From positions 288,001 through 352,000 of the forward strand of contig CAWIIQ010000001.1 of assembly GCA_963836185.1 (NCBI GenBank): DNA of 64,000 bases, given 5' to 3'. Below are positions 59,901-64,000 of the stretch, in pieces; position 1 is the first letter of the stretch, and each line of letters starts with the position of its first letter. The stretch comes from Candidatus Krumholzibacteriia bacterium (GTDB lineage Bacteria; Krumholzibacteriota; Krumholzibacteriia; Krumholzibacteriales; Krumholzibacteriaceae). A program made the position numbers and the translations under genes. The notes under the pieces were generated by a model, which worked only from the letters and a program-made list of their open reading frames with translations, made no database searches and was not told the origin of the DNA.

Positions 59901-62880
59901 CGTTACGATCCTCAGCGGCGAGATAGGCATTCCGGGAACTTCCGATAACACGGGCAACATCGTCTGGGCTGCAGGAGCAGGTACCGATTCGACCGCCGTG
60001 CTGGACGGATTCACCGTGACAGCCGCCTCCTACAAGGGTGGGTGGAACAGGGGGGCCGTCTTCTGCTACGACGATTCGGAACCGATATTCCGCAACCTCA
60101 AAATCGTCGATAATGCTGGGACCGGATTAAATTCGTATGACGCCCGGCCGGAAGTATACGATTCCGAAATATCCGGCAGCGCGGCCTCAGGTATATATGC
60201 CCAGGAAAGCAGCGTAGCGCAGTTCTTCGACGTCCTGATAACGGGGAACGGCGATTCCGGCGTTCATATAGGATACGGCTGCACCGTATGGCTGAAAAAC
60301 GCGATCGTCTCGGACAACCAGGCCGTTGACGGCGGAGGATTCTTCGTCGAGAACGAAGCCCATCTCGTGATATACGGCGCTCTGATAACGGGAAATACCG
60401 CTTCCAACGAAGGCGGAGGGATCCACAGCGCATATAGCGGCGGAGCGGTCACTCTGGTCAACATCACAATGAGCGATAATGTCGCCGTTCGCGGCGGCGG
60501 TATCTACAACGGTCAGGGGTTCTATACGATTCCTCTCTACAACTCGATAATGTGGGGGGACAGCGCTACCTCTGAAGGTGACGAGTTCTATACCGAGCTG
60601 ACCTCTTATAACGCGTTCTGGAATTCGATCGTCGAGGGATGCGGCGGCAGCGGAGCGGGGTGGACCGATACACTGAACTTCGACGGCGGGGGAAATCTCG
60701 ACGAGGACCCGCTCTTTGTCGATGAGGATGGCGGAGACTTCCGCCTCACGTCTTGCTCGCCAGCTGTCGATGTGTTTGATACGACCGGGGGTTACTTCCA
60801 GAGCCTTCCCGCAACCGATCTCGACGGCAACGCGCGCATCACCAATTCCCTTCTGGACATGGGTGGTTACGAATACCAGGGCCGGGTCTACGGTCCAGTA
60901 CTATACGTGGACCAGTCCGCAGGCGGCGCCGGCGACGGTTATTCCTGGGCGGACGCCTGCCCGCAGCTCCGTGACGCCCTTGCATACGCGGGGACTTGCG
61001 ACAGGATATCCGAGATATGGGTGGCTGCCGGGACTTATACACCGACCGGAGACATCGACCGAACGGCAACGTTCACCCTTAGAAACGGCCTGGCTCTCTA
61101 CGGTGGCTTCGCCGGCACCGAGTCATTGCTCTCCGAACGCGACGCTGAGACGAATGTCACTGTACTGAGCGGAGAGATCGGCGCCGCGTCGCTGGATGAC
61201 AACTCGTACCATGTCATATGGGCCGACTCTGTCGACGCGACGGCAGTCCTCGATGGATTTACCGTCACACGGGGAAATGCCGACGGAACTATCCCGAATA
61301 ATGTCGGCGGGGGATTCATCGGATTATGGCAGTCCGGCCCGACCATCACGGGGATCCGGTTTGTAGATAATCATGCATGGGGCTACGGGGGCGGTATGTA
61401 TGTAAACGGGCTGATTGAACTGGCCGGCGTGGTATTCGAGAATAACAGCGCCGGAGAAGGCGGAGGCGCCACCATATATGACTCGGGGGTCGTAAAAGAG
61501 TCCGAGTTCATCGGCAACACAGCTACGGCTAATGGAGGTGCCCTGTTCACGGGATCGAGCAAGAAGAACTTTCTCGAAAATGTCACTTTCTCCGGAAATT
61601 CGGCCGTGAGCGGAGGGGCGGTATATATCCAGATGCAGGATACCCTGGTCATGACGAATGTCGTTTTCGATCGTAATACTGCCGCGAACGGCGGCGCGAT
61701 CTATAATAATTTCGGCGGATTCGACGCGACAAACGTCTCGTGGAGTGGTAACAGCGCGACAGGATCGGGCGGAGGCATCTACAATCATACGTACACTGCG
61801 ATCGCTCCGATTTCCATCATCAACTCGATCATGTGGGGAGACAGTGCCGCGACCGGGGATGAGATACACAACACATTAGAGGCTCCGTCGATCTCTTATT
61901 CGCTCGTTGCCGGCAGCGGCGGAAGCGGAGGGGGCTGGAATTCTTCAATCGGCAGCGATGGCGGCAACAACCTCGACACGGATCCCATGTATGTCGATCC
62001 CGTGACGGGAGATCTCAGCCTCAATACCGGATCTCCGGCAATAGACGCGGGGAATGCCCTGCTCGCCATTCTTCCGCCGACCGACATCGCCGGGAACCCG
62101 CGGGTAACCGGAGCGGATGTCGACATGGGGGCGTACGAGTACTATGTAGCCGGGAAATCGAAAACCGTGGTGATCGACAAAACGGGCGAAGCGATCTATT
62201 TCATCTCTGACCTCGATACCCTGGCCGTGATGAACTTCACGTCCGAGGAGCTCGACAGCGTGAAGGTCACAAAGGTCAAGGAGACGCCGCCGAACATCAA
62301 GGAGGGGAGCGACTGGGTCCCGATCCACTACATATTCGAGGCGTTTCCCTCCGAGGCAGCCTTCGTGGCCTGGATGAGGGTCTTCTACGACCAGGAAGAT
62401 TTCGACGACTCGGGACTGACCGATGAAACTCTCCTGAGCCTGTGGCGCTACGATGAGCCTGCCGCCAAGTGGGAATACAAGGAGAGTGTCGTTGACATCG
62501 ACAAGAATTTACTCACAGCTATAGACGTTACCGGTTTCTCCGTGTGGGGCATGACAAACTCGAAGAACGCCGTCGATGTGGAGGAAGACAATGTCATGCC
62601 GAAGGGGTACGCCCTCCACCAGAACAGGCCCAACCCGTTCAATCCTTCGACGACGATCGAGTACCAGCTGCCGGAGACAGGGCACGTGGAGCTGACGATA
62701 TACAACGCGCTCGGTCGGCGAATCGTCACGCTGGTTGACGGGCCGCAGACGGCCGGTTACAAATCGGTGAGGTGGAACGGAACTGATCGGAGCGGCGCCC
62801 AGGCGGCCAGCGGCGTATACTTCTACCGCCTGCGCGCCGGCTCTTTCGTAGAGTCAAAGAAGATGATTCTGCTGAGGTAA
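56908..62880 (+). CDS. Giant beta-helix (pectin-lyase-like / Pmp-repeat) protein: four tandem modules with choice-of-anchor-Q-like ends and T9SS/FlgD-Ig CTD
   Basis: Four 'V...A.G..DG.SW.DA' module starts (~56980, 58200, 59645, 60900); GG(A/G) and FxxN repeats; 'D..G..R......DMG..E'; 'QNRPNPFNP...KKMILLR'. Confidence 0.9.
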   Translation: MNRLATFALVLAFVITAGTAHSAIIYVNHAATGANDGTSWGDAYTDLQAALAAMSASDEVWVAAGTYYPTATTDRYASFVMSYNRKLYGGFAGTETSTGQRDIDSNPTILSGNIGDPGSTADNSFAVVKLSYPDSNTVVDGFNIQDGNADEGPSDAEGYAGGGMQILDSSIIGGAVKVRNVIYRDNQASRGGAVYVEAMLGSGTNGAAEFENVSFYDNTATGEHIQGWGGALYSVDSHIEMNRVRFYGGSADYGGGACIEGGAVWLYNAVFHDNSALYGGGLNTYLSSAFIANTTFTGNSATTGGGGIFSNQTSMSLVNVIMWDDSAPTEPEIRYGTTPPGISYSLIEGCWPGLFWDSSLGTDNGNNLDSDPLFLDPASDDFSLDDCSPAVNAGNVTMPALPATDLDGDSRIVGAEIDMGALENQNAAIATVLFVDASATGAGDGSSWADAFNDLQDALAASDLCPVIDQIWVAAGTYKPTSGYDRDISFEVREKVSLYGGFAGTEVSPAERNLSVNETILSGELASAGPDDNSQHVVDARDADSTTAIDGFTISDGWGEQALWSKSGGGIYIVDGSPVIRNVIIENNGATTGGGASVGSGAPRFENVIFRDNLAFGVAISPYGLGGGLYVSTSSRVELSGVSFEGNSADNGGAIYHESGDLYLTDGIITGCTSQQAGGGIYATGAGETVLQQVTFDSCGSESAAGGIRNSNHTMRIIACRFIDCYADSYGGAVFCSDSDVEMTNSVFFRNGYVSQGGALFNLDCSPVITNCSFSKNFAFTGGAMYNDGVSLPVIVNSIFWADSALIQPEILNRPDATPSISYSIIEGSGGSGGGWNTSLGSDGGHNLDLDPLYFNETAGDLHIGLDSPAFDAGNDAAPNLPSTDFDGYARIWGTSVDMGVYEVQESACPGAIVYVDSAAAGMNDGSSWADAFNDLRSALQVTAVCLSVEEIWVAAGTYFPTSGSDQNARFELQGGLAICGGFAGWESLLSERDIENNVTILSGEIGIPGTSDNTGNIVWAAGAGTDSTAVLDGFTVTAASYKGGWNRGAVFCYDDSEPIFRNLKIVDNAGTGLNSYDARPEVYDSEISGSAASGIYAQESSVAQFFDVLITGNGDSGVHIGYGCTVWLKNAIVSDNQAVDGGGFFVENEAHLVIYGALITGNTASNEGGGIHSAYSGGAVTLVNITMSDNVAVRGGGIYNGQGFYTIPLYNSIMWGDSATSEGDEFYTELTSYNAFWNSIVEGCGGSGAGWTDTLNFDGGGNLDEDPLFVDEDGGDFRLTSCSPAVDVFDTTGGYFQSLPATDLDGNARITNSLLDMGGYEYQGRVYGPVLYVDQSAGGAGDGYSWADACPQLRDALAYAGTCDRISEIWVAAGTYTPTGDIDRTATFTLRNGLALYGGFAGTESLLSERDAETNVTVLSGEIGAASLDDNSYHVIWADSVDATAVLDGFTVTRGNADGTIPNNVGGGFIGLWQSGPTITGIRFVDNHAWGYGGGMYVNGLIELAGVVFENNSAGEGGGATIYDSGVVKESEFIGNTATANGGALFTGSSKKNFLENVTFSGNSAVSGGAVYIQMQDTLVMTNVVFDRNTAANGGAIYNNFGGFDATNVSWSGNSATGSGGGIYNHTYTAIAPISIINSIMWGDSAATGDEIHNTLEAPSISYSLVAGSGGSGGGWNSSIGSDGGNNLDTDPMYVDPVTGDLSLNTGSPAIDAGNALLAILPPTDIAGNPRVTGADVDMGAYEYYVAGKSKTVVIDKTGEAIYFISDLDTLAVMNFTSEELDSVKVTKVKETPPNIKEGSDWVPIHYIFEAFPSEAAFVAWMRVFYDQEDFDDSGLTDETLLSLWRYDEPAAKWEYKESVVDIDKNLLTAIDVTGFSVWGMTNSKNAVDVEEDNVMPKGYALHQNRPNPFNPSTTIEYQLPETGHVELTIYNALGRRIVTLVDGPQTAGYKSVRWNGTDRSGAQAASGVYFYRLRAGSFVESKKMILLR

Positions 62881-62910
62881 AGACTCACCGGGTCCTCGAT
62901 TATAAAAGCA

Positions 62911-62939
62911 CAGGGCGGCCGTTACGGCCGCCCCTCTTC
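62911..62939 (+). terminator. Intrinsic terminator
   Basis: GGGCGGCCG-TTA-CGGCCGCCC followed by CTCTT. Confidence 0.55.
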
Positions 62940-63032
62940 AGTGCGACGAATAAGGTATGTGCGGATATATGCTGGTCAGGCAGCTGTTCTCCGGATATAT
63001 TTACGATGTCAGTCCGGCGGAATCGGGGTGTC

Positions 63033-64000
63033 ATGATACATTCATTCAAGATCGCACGGTTCACGGCGCTGGCTGCCGCGCTGCTTCTGCTTGTCCCGGG
63101 ATGCAGCGACGACCCTGTCGGCCCGGATGAAGACGGCTGGTCGCCCGCCTGCATCGACTACGGCAGCACTATGCAGTGGCGGGATGGATTCGGTATCAGC
63201 GGCGGATGGCTGACGGCGAAACTCCGCGGTGATCATGTTTTCACCGGAGGCATGGATTACCTGGTCCATATCTTTGACATCTCAGTGCCGGGCGATCCCC
63301 GCATAGTTGGTGAGATCGCACATTCCATGGACGCCAGGGGAATAGATATCCGGGGCGATCTCGCTTACATCCTTACCCAGAGCCATCTTCTCATAGTAAA
63401 TATCGCGGAGCTCTCTGCGCCATCGATCGTTGGATCTATCAGCATTCCGTCCACCTCGCTTCCGTCTTATCAGGGAGACGTGGCCGTCTCGGGAGACTAC
63501 GCCTTTGTCGCGGACGGCGTGGGCGGTTTTCACTCGGTCGACATCTCATCGTCTTCATCTCCCGCGATAGCGGGGTACATCGAAACGCCGGGAAGCGCCA
63601 TGGACCTCGACCTGGCCGGCATCTATGCCTATGTTGCTGACGGCGAAAGTGGCCTGCGGGTAATCGATATCTCTGATCCGGAAGCCCCGCGAATAGTCGG
63701 CGGTGCCAGGATGCCCGGCACCTGCTACGGATTCTCGGTCTCCGGCGCCTATGCATGCGCGGCGTGCGGTGAGGCAGGCGCCGTAGCCGTGGACCTGACG
63801 TCTCCCGCCTTGCCCAGGCTCCTCGGCACAGCCGATACGCCGGGTTATTCAAGGGACGTGCTGGTCGTCGATACATACGCCATGGTTGCGGATTTCCATG
63901 GGGGCCTTCGCGTTGTCGATCTGAGGTATCCGAGGCCACCGGTGATCGCGGGCAGCGTTACAGGTATCGGATATCCGGTAGATATCTCGGCCGATGGCGA
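63033..64000 (+). CDS. LVIVD-repeat lipoprotein (truncated by window end)
   Basis: Not in the ORF track because it has no stop. Translates MIHSFK...LVPGCSDD (lipobox), then repeats 'V.VSGDYAFVADG..G...VDIS', 'YAYVADGESGLRVIDISDP..P.IVG'. Confidence 0.85.
   Translation, partial: MIHSFKIARFTALAAALLLLVPGCSDDPVGPDEDGWSPACIDYGSTMQWRDGFGISGGWLTAKLRGDHVFTGGMDYLVHIFDISVPGDPRIVGEIAHSMDARGIDIRGDLAYILTQSHLLIVNIAELSAPSIVGSISIPSTSLPSYQGDVAVSGDYAFVADGVGGFHSVDISSSSSPAIAGYIETPGSAMDLDLAGIYAYVADGESGLRVIDISDPEAPRIVGGARMPGTCYGFSVSGAYACAACGEAGAVAVDLTSPALPRLLGTADTPGYSRDVLVVDTYAMVADFHGGLRVVDLRYPRPPVIAGSVTGIGYPVDISADG

Noticed and set aside
1-64000. CRISPR arrays, tRNA/rRNA, IS elements, prophage
   Set aside because: No regularly spaced DNA repeats, cloverleafs, transposase or integrase motifs were seen by eye; repeats are protein-level or the CTD cassette.

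Overview
GC-rich bacterial window, most likely from an FCB-superphylum candidate phylum (Krumholzibacteriota/Latescibacterota-like; inferred from protein style only). It is dominated by large secreted proteins ending in a T9SS type-A/FlgD-Ig-like C-terminal sorting domain: 10 genes plus a decayed remnant. Six of these are paralogous beta-propeller proteins, three of which share a near-identical 137-bp CTD cassette. The most striking unannotated structure is a regulatory module at 6.3-12.5 kb. A 1415-aa sensor kinase with an extracytoplasmic FG-GAP (integrin-like) propeller is followed by a sigma54 enhancer-binding response regulator. Directly downstream lies a complete sigma54 promoter (tandem TGCGCA-N5-TGCGCA sites, a perfect IHF site, GG-N10-GC) that drives no protein gene but a ~130-nt structured, terminated putative sRNA. 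The same site and promoter geometry recurs upstream of the regulator itself. The window also holds an anaerobic ergothioneine cluster (mobA, egtD, molybdopterin-cysteine desulfurase fusion), a signal-peptide-bearing NiSOD, an oadGAB Na+-pumping decarboxylase, an ABC exporter, an Omp85-DUF4390 operon, a GT-C/TPR protein and an S41 peptidase. Several single-base indels suggest assembly errors. No rRNA, tRNA, CRISPR array or mobile element was recognised.
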